Shown here: piece by piece, positions 32,419-42,084 of the stretch
Numbering within the stretch: position 1 is the first letter of the stretch
Layout: every line of letters starts with the position of its first letter
IMG/VR virus record: IMGVR_UViG_3300048691_000224
Source of the DNA: a virus
Taxonomy: Duplodnaviria > Caudoviricetes
Reading direction: 5' to 3' (one strand)
Length of the DNA: 64,000 bases
Position numbers and translations under genes: made by a program
The notes under the pieces: model-generated
Database searches by the model: none
Seen by the model: the letters and a program-made list of their open reading frames with translations, nothing else
What the model was told of the DNA's origin: nothing

Positions 32419-32562
32419 AAGCTAAAGTGTTTATTGAGCGGGGAACTACACTAAGGTTAACCCTGCTCTATTCTATTGCACATATCATAATTACAATACC
32501 ACCATTATAAATAGTACACATATGTGCACTGAAATGAAAATTAGTATGAAAGATACCACCAA

Positions 32563-33087
32563 ATGAAATTATATGGTTATACCCGAGCAACAGCGTTACC
32601 TACCTCTCCTGATGTGGGTCAGATTGTATTTTTATCAGTCGATGGTTTGACAGGGACACTACAACACTGGGACGGTAGTGCCTGGGTGCTCGTTGGTGGT
32701 ACTCCACAATTATTGAGTATTGTTGGTGATCAATTGACATTATCTGGCGGAGGTGGGTCTGTTACACTGCCAACGTTCTCATGGCGTGAAGTCGTGAATA
32801 GTACAATTGTTGCCCCTATGGACGTCGCAAATGGAATTGCTGTGAGCAATTCCAGCGCCACTACAGTCACGATACCTCTCAATTCTGCTGTACCAATTGC
32901 AGTAGGATCATCTGTGTTGGTAGCTGCTGATGATGTTGGTACAGTGACACTGGTACCGGCTAGTGGTGTTACGCTACACGTCGGAAATGGTCTGTCCACT
33001 ACTCTGTTGGGACAGTACTCTGTAGTAACACTTATCAAGCGATCACCTGATGTTTGGTATGCGGCTGGAGACTTCGCTACACCATGA
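32563..33087 (+). CDS. Putative tail fibre-associated protein
   Basis: Late promoter TATAAATA at about 32506; beta-rich; VTLIKRSPDVWYAAGD C-terminus typical of fibre domains. Confidence 0.55.
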   Translation: MKLYGYTRATALPTSPDVGQIVFLSVDGLTGTLQHWDGSAWVLVGGTPQLLSIVGDQLTLSGGGGSVTLPTFSWREVVNSTIVAPMDVANGIAVSNSSATTVTIPLNSAVPIAVGSSVLVAADDVGTVTLVPASGVTLHVGNGLSTTLLGQYSVVTLIKRSPDVWYAAGDFATP

Positions 33088-33518
33088 AGACTTCTCTCCA
33101 TGGAATCTTAGCCGATAGGCGAGAACTCACAGTAAGTGAATTCTTCACCAGTTCACTCTATGGATTTGAGATTAGTGATACTGCGTCTATAGGGCTACCT
33201 GGAGTGATATCTGGAAGTCTACCACCTTATGGGCTGGCTGAAGACACAGGTAGTATTGGACTACCATCTATCGCATCAGGATCACTGGTTGATCTAATTA
33301 TCAATACAAATATTGAAGACACAGGTAGTATTGGACTACCATCTATCGCATCAGGATCACTGGTTGATCTAATTATCAATACAAATATTGAAGACACAGG
33401 TAGTATTGGACTACCATCTATCGCATCAGGATCACTGGTTGATCTAATTATCAATACAAATATTGAAGACACAGGTAGTATTGGACTACCATCTATTATT
33501 TCTGGAACATTAATTTAA
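33084..33518 (+). CDS. Tail-associated protein with 25-aa tandem repeats
   Basis: Likely start MKTSLHGIL overlapping the upstream stop; EDTGSIGLPSIASGSLVDLIINTNI x3.4. Confidence 0.65.
   Translation: MKTSLHGILADRRELTVSEFFTSSLYGFEISDTASIGLPGVISGSLPPYGLAEDTGSIGLPSIASGSLVDLIINTNIEDTGSIGLPSIASGSLVDLIINTNIEDTGSIGLPSIASGSLVDLIINTNIEDTGSIGLPSIISGTLI
33240..33496 (+). repeat. Perfect 75-bp tandem repeat, about 3.4 copies, in frame
   Basis: Unit starts at 33240, 33315, 33390 and 33465. Confidence 0.95.
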
Positions 33519-33519
33519 T

Positions 33520-34452
33520 ATGGAAACTACTATGCAACAAGAGCAAACAAATATTACAGCAGCAATGCACATGAGAGTATCAGGTGAATACAGCGCAGAA
33601 GTGCGGCACGCAGATGGTACAATAACAGAGATCCCATGGTTCAAGAATCTGATCCTAAATTCAGGACTTGATGATTTAGGAACAATGGGTGGTTTGCGTA
33701 ATTACTGTCATGTTGGTACTGGGACATCAACGCCCGCCGTGACACAAGTTGCATTAGATGCTAAGATTGGTACATATGGATCATATGCGTCGGCGACGAC
33801 TACTCAGATTGGTGCACCATCATATGCATGGGCTACTACACTCCCATACACATTCGCTATCGGAGCAATTGTGGGTAACATTACTGAGGTAGGTGTCGGG
33901 GCGACAACTTCAGGAACTCGGTTATACAGTCGGGCACGATTTACTGATGGTGGTGGCAATCCAATTGCTATAACTGTGACAGCATCAGATCAACTAGTTG
34001 TGTATCACAAAGTAACAGTCACGCCCCCAATTACCGATGGGACTGGATCAGTTGTGATATCAGGCACCACTTATAATTATACTACCAGGCTATTATCAGC
34101 TGGTCAGAATGTTAGTAGGTTCGAAGACCTTGGGGTGGCGGTATTCCTGCCAACTTCGGCGAGCGCTTTTGGATCTAACGCAGCTCTCTCAGCAATCACC
34201 GCATCTGTGCCGACTGGTACCAATCTTGGTAATTCTAATACGGGTACGTATTTGCCGTATGTTCCTGGAACATACTACCGCGACACCTCACTCGTTTGGT
34301 CACCTGAATATGCGAATGCTGTTGGTGGTATCAAAGGGTTTAGAGCAACGGGGAGTGATTCAACTGTGTTCCAAATTATCCTAGACACACCAATAATGAA
34401 GACCAACCTCCAGCAATTGACGATGGTGTTCAGAAGAAGTTGGGGTAGATAA
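33520..34452 (+). CDS. Putative tail protein
   Basis: NLILNSGLD and CHVGTGTSTP motifs seen in phage tail modules; Thr/Gly-rich. Confidence 0.6.
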   Translation: METTMQQEQTNITAAMHMRVSGEYSAEVRHADGTITEIPWFKNLILNSGLDDLGTMGGLRNYCHVGTGTSTPAVTQVALDAKIGTYGSYASATTTQIGAPSYAWATTLPYTFAIGAIVGNITEVGVGATTSGTRLYSRARFTDGGGNPIAITVTASDQLVVYHKVTVTPPITDGTGSVVISGTTYNYTTRLLSAGQNVSRFEDLGVAVFLPTSASAFGSNAALSAITASVPTGTNLGNSNTGTYLPYVPGTYYRDTSLVWSPEYANAVGGIKGFRATGSDSTVFQIILDTPIMKTNLQQLTMVFRRSWGR

Positions 34453-34453
34453 T

Positions 34454-35029
34454 ATGATCCCAGGTAACACAATCATCACAACTGCTCAGGTTGGAGAATT
34501 TACGTATCCAACTAATCTACCATACGCAAAACAGTCCCAGACTGTGATGGGTGGAGTAGCACTAGGCGATCCGAGCCAAGGTAGGCTGTATCAGACTTGG
34601 GTAATTGCGCTATCTGGAACTACTATTACAGTTGCACCAACCGCAACTGGTGTGACTGCACTCACTCACACCGCAACGGGTGCAGACATCAACAGTACCG
34701 TTGCTCTGGCTTTCGATTCCAATATGGCTCCAACCATCTGCTGGACAACGCCGGCTGGATGTAGTCTGTATTGGTACGACTCGAGTCTAGGTGCTTATAC
34801 CACAACAAACTATCCTGGAGTCACAAGCTGCAGGGTAGCAGTGGACGATGCTCGTCCATTCTACTCGAGTGGATCAGATGTGATATTTGCTTATACTCTT
34901 GGTGGTACACTGTATTGGAGACAACAGCGCGATCGATACGCAGTCGAACGTACGGTAGGTGCAACTACAAAGAAATTGGTGCGTGTAGGCTTATCAGACA
35001 AAAATCGTCTGCAATTTGAACTGAGATAA
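34454..35029 (+). CDS. Putative tail assembly/tail-tip protein
   Basis: GGVALGDPSQG, LAFDSNM, LYWYD and DVIFAY...LYWRQQRDRY pattern; operonic. Confidence 0.55.
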   Translation: MIPGNTIITTAQVGEFTYPTNLPYAKQSQTVMGGVALGDPSQGRLYQTWVIALSGTTITVAPTATGVTALTHTATGADINSTVALAFDSNMAPTICWTTPAGCSLYWYDSSLGAYTTTNYPGVTSCRVAVDDARPFYSSGSDVIFAYTLGGTLYWRQQRDRYAVERTVGATTKKLVRVGLSDKNRLQFELR

Positions 35030-35033
35030 TAAT

Positions 35034-37058
35034 ATGAAAACATCCCTTGCTGGTATTTTGAACAGACGTAGAGTAGTTTCGGGTGTAGTGAATAATCTAT
35101 TATTTGGACTTGGAGCTAACTGGTTTAACAATATATCAACATCCAACACTCAATTTTATACCACTCCGTACCAAGTTGATAATTCAGAGTGGATTTCAGT
35201 TAGCAATGGTATACATTCAGCCTACGGAGTTAGATCTGACGGGACGCTATGGGCTTGGGGACAGAATTCAGGTGATGATTTTTTAGCAGTAGGCAACATC
35301 AATCCTACTCACCCACTACAAGTCGGTTCAGATACTGATTGGGCGAAAGTGGTTGGCTCTCAGTATGGTGCTTACGCCATCAAACAAGATGGGGCGCTGT
35401 ATGCGTGGGGAGAGGATTCGCAAGTACTAGGTTTCGGCAATACACAAATCAATGTAATGACTCCGTCACTCCTACCAGGAACCTGGTCGCATATCGCCGC
35501 AGCACAAGTTGTCACACTAGGTATCAAAACAGACAATACCCTGTGGGCTTGGGGATCTGATTCGTATGGAGTGTTAGGGACAGGTGTAGAAGATGTTGGA
35601 TTGTGGTCCCCAACACAGGTAGGGACCTCCACATGGAATACCGTCGACATGGTTAAAGATATGAGTATCGGGATTCAGTCAGATGGAACCATGTGGTCGT
35701 GGGGTAGGTGGAATAATGGTGCAACTGGGAATGGTGGTACTACTGACATCACGGAATCACTACCAGTCCACATTGGTGTTGGGTATACGTGGTCACGTGT
35801 AGCTTGTGGAATCCAACACAAGCTGGCTATTAGATCTGACGGAACCCTGTGGTCGTGGGGGTCAGGTGATTTGGGAGTACTAGGGTTGGGAGACCTCATC
35901 AATCGATATGAACCAACCCAAGTGGGTACAGACTCTGATTGGGTCTTTATTAAAGCAGGGTGGTACTTCTCTAGTGCACTAAAGGCTGATGGGTCGCTGT
36001 GGGTTTGGGGCGAAAATGTTCAAGTTATGTCCGATGGTTCAGATTATGCTGCGGTCTTAATACCAACTAAGATATCAAAAGGACCATACAAATTTATATC
36101 TCACAGTATATCGATTGAACCTGAGACATTTTTGCTTACAGGGACTAACACACTGCCGGTAGCAATTGCGTTCAATGCAATTGCTACTTTTTCGTTGGGT
36201 TACGATATTAGCAATTACACAACCATTGAGTTCAACGGATTATTCAATGTGGTGCAGACCACTGTTGTTAACATAACCGCCAATGTTGCAGAACTGAATT
36301 TTTTAAACTCTAATGCGATAACTTATGGTAGTGGGTCTGGTGCGCCATTAGTTGAGTTAACACTAACTGAAGCTCAGGTTACCCAACCATCAGCTTTTAA
36401 TGGTATTCCTACGCTACAGAAGTTCACGTGCAATACAATGTCTACAATCGCAGCGAGCACCTTTCAACAGTGTGCCAGCTTACAGACAGTCATTCTTCCA
36501 GCAGTGAGTACAATTGGCACTCAAGCATTTGTTGGTTGTACGGCATTAGATCTAGATCTTAGTGATTTTTCATCGTGCGTTGTCATCGAGGCTCAAGCAT
36601 TTAGTGGATGCACTGCACTCACACCACACATCACCACCCAACACTTTCCAAGTTTAACTCATCTCGGTAAAGGTGTGTTTAGTGCATCTAGTGTAGGTAG
36701 AATTGAGTTGCCTACAGTGACGAGTGTTGACACCGATGGGCCAATATTCACTTCTGTTGGGCACATCCAGCTCAACGGACTTAGCTCAATACAAGGAACC
36801 TCTTTTGTGTACTGCACATCTTATATACTGGAGTTTGCGGGCTGTGTGAGTGTTGGGGATTATGCATTTGCAAACTGGAGTCCTGTCGGTGCTGCATTGT
36901 CGTGGTTATATCTACCGGTCGTAACCACTTGGGGCAATGATGTATTTCATGGAGTCTCCGGATTGTCAGTTACTCTCACTATCCGCACAGATCAACAGAG
37001 TAATCCAAATGTATTATATCTTCAGGCGAATAATGATGTTACCTTGGTGTTAGTGTGA
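35034..37058 (+). CDS. RCC1/BLIP-II beta-propeller repeats fused to BspA-type leucine-rich repeats; candidate receptor-binding protein
   Basis: About six (S/Q)DG(T/A)LW(A/S)WG repeats, then LP(A/S)V..IG..AF..C..L repeats. Confidence 0.85.
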   Translation: MKTSLAGILNRRRVVSGVVNNLLFGLGANWFNNISTSNTQFYTTPYQVDNSEWISVSNGIHSAYGVRSDGTLWAWGQNSGDDFLAVGNINPTHPLQVGSDTDWAKVVGSQYGAYAIKQDGALYAWGEDSQVLGFGNTQINVMTPSLLPGTWSHIAAAQVVTLGIKTDNTLWAWGSDSYGVLGTGVEDVGLWSPTQVGTSTWNTVDMVKDMSIGIQSDGTMWSWGRWNNGATGNGGTTDITESLPVHIGVGYTWSRVACGIQHKLAIRSDGTLWSWGSGDLGVLGLGDLINRYEPTQVGTDSDWVFIKAGWYFSSALKADGSLWVWGENVQVMSDGSDYAAVLIPTKISKGPYKFISHSISIEPETFLLTGTNTLPVAIAFNAIATFSLGYDISNYTTIEFNGLFNVVQTTVVNITANVAELNFLNSNAITYGSGSGAPLVELTLTEAQVTQPSAFNGIPTLQKFTCNTMSTIAASTFQQCASLQTVILPAVSTIGTQAFVGCTALDLDLSDFSSCVVIEAQAFSGCTALTPHITTQHFPSLTHLGKGVFSASSVGRIELPTVTSVDTDGPIFTSVGHIQLNGLSSIQGTSFVYCTSYILEFAGCVSVGDYAFANWSPVGAALSWLYLPVVTTWGNDVFHGVSGLSVTLTIRTDQQSNPNVLYLQANNDVTLVLV

Positions 37059-37150
37059 TCAGGTACCAATATGGGTCATGGCGGTGGTGGGTGACCCACT
37101 GCTGTTACTCAGCGCTAAGGATCTTTCTAACATTATAAACGTACCGAATG

Positions 37151-37215
37151 TATAAATAAGAATGTGAGCCACGATGAACCAACATCTGCTCACTCTAACG
37201 CTTACAAGGAGCATC
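37151..37215 (+). promoter_or_regulatory. Late promoter, hairpin and SD with no following gene (orphan leader or sRNA)
   Basis: TATAAATA at 37151, GTGAGC/GCTCAC stem, AAGGAG at 37206 without an ATG. Confidence 0.5.
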
Positions 37216-37290
37216 AGCAACTGTACGATACAGAGCATTGAGTTTGTATTTTAGCGATTGGCAGTACATTTAACTACCAATGCCCAAACA

Positions 37291-37860
37291 TTAAGCGCCC
37301 TTGGCTCGCTGCGCTCTTACTATTTTCAAGCAATTATAAACGTATGTGGCGGCACCATTTGCGGTTAGTGCTAGTTGATCTCGAAATATCGCCTGCAATT
37401 CTTTATTACTCAACTCAGGGTGAGCTCGCACGATCTCAACTGCTCGGTCTTGTTTAGACGCCGGTCGTGAGTGTGTTCGGGTCAGGTCTTCAATCTTCGC
37501 GCGGTGTTCATCATCTGATGCTCGGATCCATACCAATCGCTTCTTCGTTGGATTCTTAGAAGTAAACACATCAAAATATTTCTCTGCAGCTCGTTGCGCG
37601 CGGTTTAGTGAGCGGGCGATGTTAACTTCGTCATTGATGCTGTACTGTTCAACAATATCATCAACCAAATTTATATAGAACATTCGTGCCTGTTCCATAA
37701 AAGCTGTCTTGTAATAGACCCCTGTAGCTTTGAACACTCGCATCTCAAAGTCTTGTTGTGTTCCTTCAACATCTTGTGCCAGTGAGACAGCAGTCACCTG
37801 ATTGTGGATTGTGATTCCTGAGTCACGAAGAGAAGCAATAGGGTCAAAGTTGAACGTCAT
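37291..37860 (-). CDS. Hypothetical protein, possible C-terminal HTH
   Basis: ORF track; early promoter upstream. Confidence 0.6.
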   Translation of the reverse strand: MTFNFDPIASLRDSGITIHNQVTAVSLAQDVEGTQQDFEMRVFKATGVYYKTAFMEQARMFYINLVDDIVEQYSINDEVNIARSLNRAQRAAEKYFDVFTSKNPTKKRLVWIRASDDEHRAKIEDLTRTHSRPASKQDRAVEIVRAHPELSNKELQAIFRDQLALTANGAATYVYNCLKIVRAQRAKGA

Positions 37861-37976
37861 TTAAGATATTAGCCTTGTAAAAAGATGTTGGGGATGGAAT
37901 TGAGACACACCAGGACAAATTGCCTGATATGTCTCTATTATACACTAAATTTTGAGAATTGCTACCTAAAAATAAA

Positions 37977-38657
37977 TTATTTTTGTGTTAATTTCACACC
38001 AGCAGCGAATTCAATCAGGGGGATTGCTGTACGATAGTTAGTGAATTTGTCACCTGGTTGATATTCTCGATTTTCCATCAAGTATCCTTCCGATGATCCA
38101 GATTCTGGTACAATAATCTTCCAGAAGTGAGTCGGCACTACTACCCCACGTACACCAAGCTTAGCATCACCTGATTTTGGAAATACGACACCTGTATACA
38201 CTACAGCTGTAGGGTGTGTCACCTGAACATACTTCTCAAGAGATCGCCACTGCCCTCGATTGAAGTTTGGAACCTGTGGGGCTGCGTTTGTGTACAAAAA
38301 CGTATCATTATACGCCACCTTGTCACACGAGTGATTTGATGCTGCTGCAAGGTGACCGATATCATAGGCCGACTGTCGATATGCGCTCTTATTTGCTTGT
38401 TTTGTAGATTGGATAGCAGAATCTGCGCCGAATTGTTTGGTGCGTACGATAGTGCACACCGATACTCGAGGTTCTACGACGAAGTGCGGAATTTTGTGTG
38501 TAGTATTATATGCTATTTCATATCCTGATTTACACAATGTCACACTAGGATCACTAGACTCTAATTTGGACGTGAGTTGGGAGGTTAGGCTGGGGCAGGT
38601 TGCCCCTGCAGATGTGGTCAGAATTAAAATTGAGGCGAGTCCGAGCATTTTAAACAT
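37977..38657 (-). CDS. DNA/RNA non-specific endonuclease (NucA/EndoG family) with signal peptide
   Basis: YDIGHL, TNAAPQ..NFNRGQWRSLE and PTHFWK motifs; hydrophobic N-terminus ending AGA. Confidence 0.9.
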   Translation of the reverse strand: MFKMLGLASILILTTSAGATCPSLTSQLTSKLESSDPSVTLCKSGYEIAYNTTHKIPHFVVEPRVSVCTIVRTKQFGADSAIQSTKQANKSAYRQSAYDIGHLAAASNHSCDKVAYNDTFLYTNAAPQVPNFNRGQWRSLEKYVQVTHPTAVVYTGVVFPKSGDAKLGVRGVVVPTHFWKIIVPESGSSEGYLMENREYQPGDKFTNYRTAIPLIEFAAGVKLTQK

Positions 38658-38660
38658 ATA

Positions 38661-39719
38661 TCAAACCTCCACATCTTCAAATCTCAACAATTCAACTTCT
38701 ACATCCGATGTAGAGAATTTTGAAATAATCTTTCTGACTCCATCAAACTTCGATCGCACGTGGTCAATTACCTTGGCATTTGGCCAAGGATTGGGCGATT
38801 GGGTGAGTAGGTTATTATAGATCTTCGTCAGTTGAGAGTTAGTCAATTTGAGTAAACGATCGACAAGCTCAGTTTCTTGTAGTGTAGATTGCTCAGCAGG
38901 CGCGGGAGATGCAGGAATCGGCGGCGTAAACACCACAGGAGTTGCAGTAGCAGATAGGGTTGGCTTTGAATAGTCTACCAGGTGATCAACTACGGTGTAT
39001 TCGCAGCATCGGCCTTTTGTGTCGTTGTAATCAGTTGGAATTGCTACGACGTCACGTGGATTGATCTTCAGAATGACCACTGTATGTGAGCTTTGAATGC
39101 CATAACTGCTCAAATAATCATATGAACAAAAATGGAGACCAGCCTCACAAGTTTTATTGTCGTCGTCATTGATCAGGGATCGAGGCATTGTACACACTGC
39201 GCCTACTGAGTTGTCGATGGTGTTTGTGTAGATGTCTTTGAAGCCGGCTGTGACTTTCTTATATGCAAGAAAGCAGCCATCTTCTGTGGTTGGCATATTG
39301 CCGTGTTCCAAAAATTGGTACAACCGGTTGACGACCGAGGAGCTCGGATTTTGATACAAATTTTCCAAAAACTTCAGGAAATACTGAAGTGGCTGAGTAA
39401 GACCACTTTTGTACAGATTCAGTGCGCGTGTGAGAAAAATGCTGGCTACTGGATAACCCTGATAGGTCATCTGCCCTGTCACACCCGAAAATTGTAACCC
39501 CGAGTTGGAGGACTGTGTCGGGGGCGGCAATAGTGCTTGGACAATATCTACCAACTGTTCAATTTTGTGGAAATCCGACTCACTCAGCGCATATAAGATA
39601 TCCTGAAAATTCAAGTGATCGCGTGTAATCACACGAGGGCGACCACTCAAGAACAGTGTGAGTTCGATTGGTTGTGAAGATAATGGATCTTGTTTAATTA
39701 GATATGGGATTGGTTTCAT
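38661..39719 (-). CDS. rIIB: rIIB-like protein
   Basis: DGCFLAYKKV, CEAGLHFCS, INPRDVVAIPTDY and KGRCCEY motifs. Confidence 0.9.
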   Translation of the reverse strand: MKPIPYLIKQDPLSSQPIELTLFLSGRPRVITRDHLNFQDILYALSESDFHKIEQLVDIVQALLPPPTQSSNSGLQFSGVTGQMTYQGYPVASIFLTRALNLYKSGLTQPLQYFLKFLENLYQNPSSSVVNRLYQFLEHGNMPTTEDGCFLAYKKVTAGFKDIYTNTIDNSVGAVCTMPRSLINDDDNKTCEAGLHFCSYDYLSSYGIQSSHTVVILKINPRDVVAIPTDYNDTKGRCCEYTVVDHLVDYSKPTLSATATPVVFTPPIPASPAPAEQSTLQETELVDRLLKLTNSQLTKIYNNLLTQSPNPWPNAKVIDHVRSKFDGVRKIISKFSTSDVEVELLRFEDVEV

Positions 39720-39720
39720 T

Positions 39721-42078
39721 TTAAGCGCTTTCTGGTGTTGATTGTACTAAATTGTCTACCATATTGATGTAAGTTGTCAACATATGGTAGTGTGATCGGT
39801 CTGAGTCTACAATCTTCAACATTGGGTATCGGTCCGCGAGTGTTTTTTCACTCGCCCTAAGGGCTTCTAGTTGTTGAGAACAATTAGATGTTTTGGTAGG
39901 ACGTACGTCAAAGCAACCACCCAATTCACGTAGTTGATGGGGCTCTCTATCTCCGACCGCTCTTTGTGCAGCTTTTCCTAATTCAACGCAGTGCTTGTAT
40001 TGCTCGATAATAGGTAAGAAGCCTGTTGGGACACCATCAAGCTGAGTAGTGTAATACTCTACTAACCGGGTTATTGTGGATAGATTATACCGATGAGAGT
40101 GTGATTTTGATCTGTGTAGGTAAAATGCTGCAAGTTCTGTCTCGGCTAATTTTTCATCTATCACCAAGGCCAGCACACGCTTGATATAAGCATAGACGTT
40201 CTCCCACGAGTCAGGGACCGACTTGATGTGCTTGGGTTGAACACCAATCACGACTACATCACTACCAAATAAGCCGAGTTGACACAAAGCAGCAAAGTAA
40301 TTACCAAACAATTTAGTCTGATGCGAAGTTTCTCCAGATGCTGAATCAACAACGGAGTGACCTTTGCGAGGAATATACAGTACTTTTTTTGATCCTGAAT
40401 TATCTAATTGGTCAGTGAGTTGTACCCACGACGTGGGCATATACGGAGTTGCTGGTGTTTTGGTTCCATAACGTCTGCGTGTGTCAGCGACTTTACCTGT
40501 CCACACCAAGTGCTCGAAGGAGTTTTTTACCTTCGTTGCACGTGCTGGGGATGGTCTCAATGATGAGCTCAACACTACTGAAGATGCTGGGAATCCACCT
40601 AGTGCAGTCAGATACTTAGTGAGTGCAGCATCAAACTCTTGTTGAGTGACTTTTGAGTGCTTTTTTTCAATTAATACAATTTGTCTAGCAGAATCGTATA
40701 ATGGGCTGGTGGTGCGCAAATAATTATACTTAATTTTATCGAGAGCGCTAGTACCATCATCTTTGACAACGGCAGTAAAACTAACTATCCGTGATGGGAA
40801 GGTGTATATTGTGTGCTCACGATCAAATCTAGCTTTGTCATTCGCGTTGTATGGAGGCATTGTTCCCAGCACATTCAACCGAATCTTTAGCACGGCATCC
40901 AATTCGACGAGTACACTACGTGGAACCTCAATGTGGTTAGCAGGACTAAATGGTACCCCATCGATCAAGTACGGGCTAAGCTTTAGTAGACCCTCACGGA
41001 TTGGCTCAGCTAATCCCATACCCGATTGCCACCGGGTTTTACCATACGTCAGTGCAGTTAAAAATTTACTTCCACCGCCCTGAACAAGTTGCTTATGAAG
41101 TAGATCTGTGAGCTCTCGAATAACAGTAGTACACATCAGTGCCAACTGCTCTTTGGTGTGATTAGTATACTGCAGTTCTTCACGAGATGGTGCAAAATCT
41201 AACGTACCGATGGGGGCAGTTATAATGAGGCGGTGCATTGGGGTGCGATTATCTGCAGTAAGTGTATCAACGAACAACTGCAACTCAGGAGAAATGGGTG
41301 TACCCTGTATAACAGGAAATGCGGACGTGACATCAATCGGGTACGGAACATTACCTTGAACAACAATGAGAGTATTTTTGAACTGGGTGTTACGTTTTGG
41401 TGTAATGGTCCAATTACTTCCTACTATAGCACCAGCTATTGTAACATCTACTGGCTCAAAGCGATTGGTCAGCGTTCCTCCAGTGATGTTAGGAAATGTT
41501 GTAGTCCACGTGCTAAAGAACAAGCTGGCTTCATCTACAAATGTATTGAAATCTCGAGCCTTGACCTCAAACAAAACTTCAAACCCGGATCGTTCAGCAG
41601 AAGGTTCGGATCCAACGTGTGACAGAGATGGTGCTCCACTCGAGTCAATGAACGCAATGTAAAGAGATTTAGTTCCTTCAGACCAACTAGTCACCGTGAA
41701 AGTTTCGGTGTATGAGAATGGGCTTTTGCTGCCCAACCCGAGTGCTCCAACTTGCGTGTTAGAATTGGTCTTGGTGCTTCGAAAGTAGGTTGTGTAGATT
41801 GCTTGGATATCATCTGCAGCAATTCCTGTCCCAAAGTCTCTGATTGAGAACCAGCTTTCCAGTGCATTAGGTAAATGGATATCAAAAGGATCTATACTGC
41901 CAGACATTGTGTGAGAGTCGAGTGCATTACAAGAGAGTTCTCGAATAATCGCTCGAATTGGATTCTTGTAGATGGAGTTCGACAAAATTTGAAAGGCTTT
42001 GGCTGAGCTTTCAATTGTAAATGCTTGGCTAGTCGCGCCGACTAGCGTCATTGGTTTGTGTGGGGTTGTTAAAATCAT
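39721..42078 (-). CDS. rIIA: rIIA-like protein (GHKL ATPase N-terminus)
   Basis: IRELSCNALDSH, IRDFGTG, STK, GALGLGSKSPFSY and SREELQY motifs; adjacent to rIIB. Confidence 0.92.
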   Translation of the reverse strand: MILTTPHKPMTLVGATSQAFTIESSAKAFQILSNSIYKNPIRAIIRELSCNALDSHTMSGSIDPFDIHLPNALESWFSIRDFGTGIAADDIQAIYTTYFRSTKTNSNTQVGALGLGSKSPFSYTETFTVTSWSEGTKSLYIAFIDSSGAPSLSHVGSEPSAERSGFEVLFEVKARDFNTFVDEASLFFSTWTTTFPNITGGTLTNRFEPVDVTIAGAIVGSNWTITPKRNTQFKNTLIVVQGNVPYPIDVTSAFPVIQGTPISPELQLFVDTLTADNRTPMHRLIITAPIGTLDFAPSREELQYTNHTKEQLALMCTTVIRELTDLLHKQLVQGGGSKFLTALTYGKTRWQSGMGLAEPIREGLLKLSPYLIDGVPFSPANHIEVPRSVLVELDAVLKIRLNVLGTMPPYNANDKARFDREHTIYTFPSRIVSFTAVVKDDGTSALDKIKYNYLRTTSPLYDSARQIVLIEKKHSKVTQQEFDAALTKYLTALGGFPASSVVLSSSLRPSPARATKVKNSFEHLVWTGKVADTRRRYGTKTPATPYMPTSWVQLTDQLDNSGSKKVLYIPRKGHSVVDSASGETSHQTKLFGNYFAALCQLGLFGSDVVVIGVQPKHIKSVPDSWENVYAYIKRVLALVIDEKLAETELAAFYLHRSKSHSHRYNLSTITRLVEYYTTQLDGVPTGFLPIIEQYKHCVELGKAAQRAVGDREPHQLRELGGCFDVRPTKTSNCSQQLEALRASEKTLADRYPMLKIVDSDRSHYHMLTTYINMVDNLVQSTPESA

Positions 42079-42084
42079 ATTGGG

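Noticed and set aside
33240-33496. CRISPR array
   Set aside because: Units are contiguous with no spacers and are an in-frame coding repeat
32563-35029. Specific host or named phage assignment from tail genes and Acb2
   Set aside because: Resemblance to proteobacterial phage genes is from memory only; needs database searches
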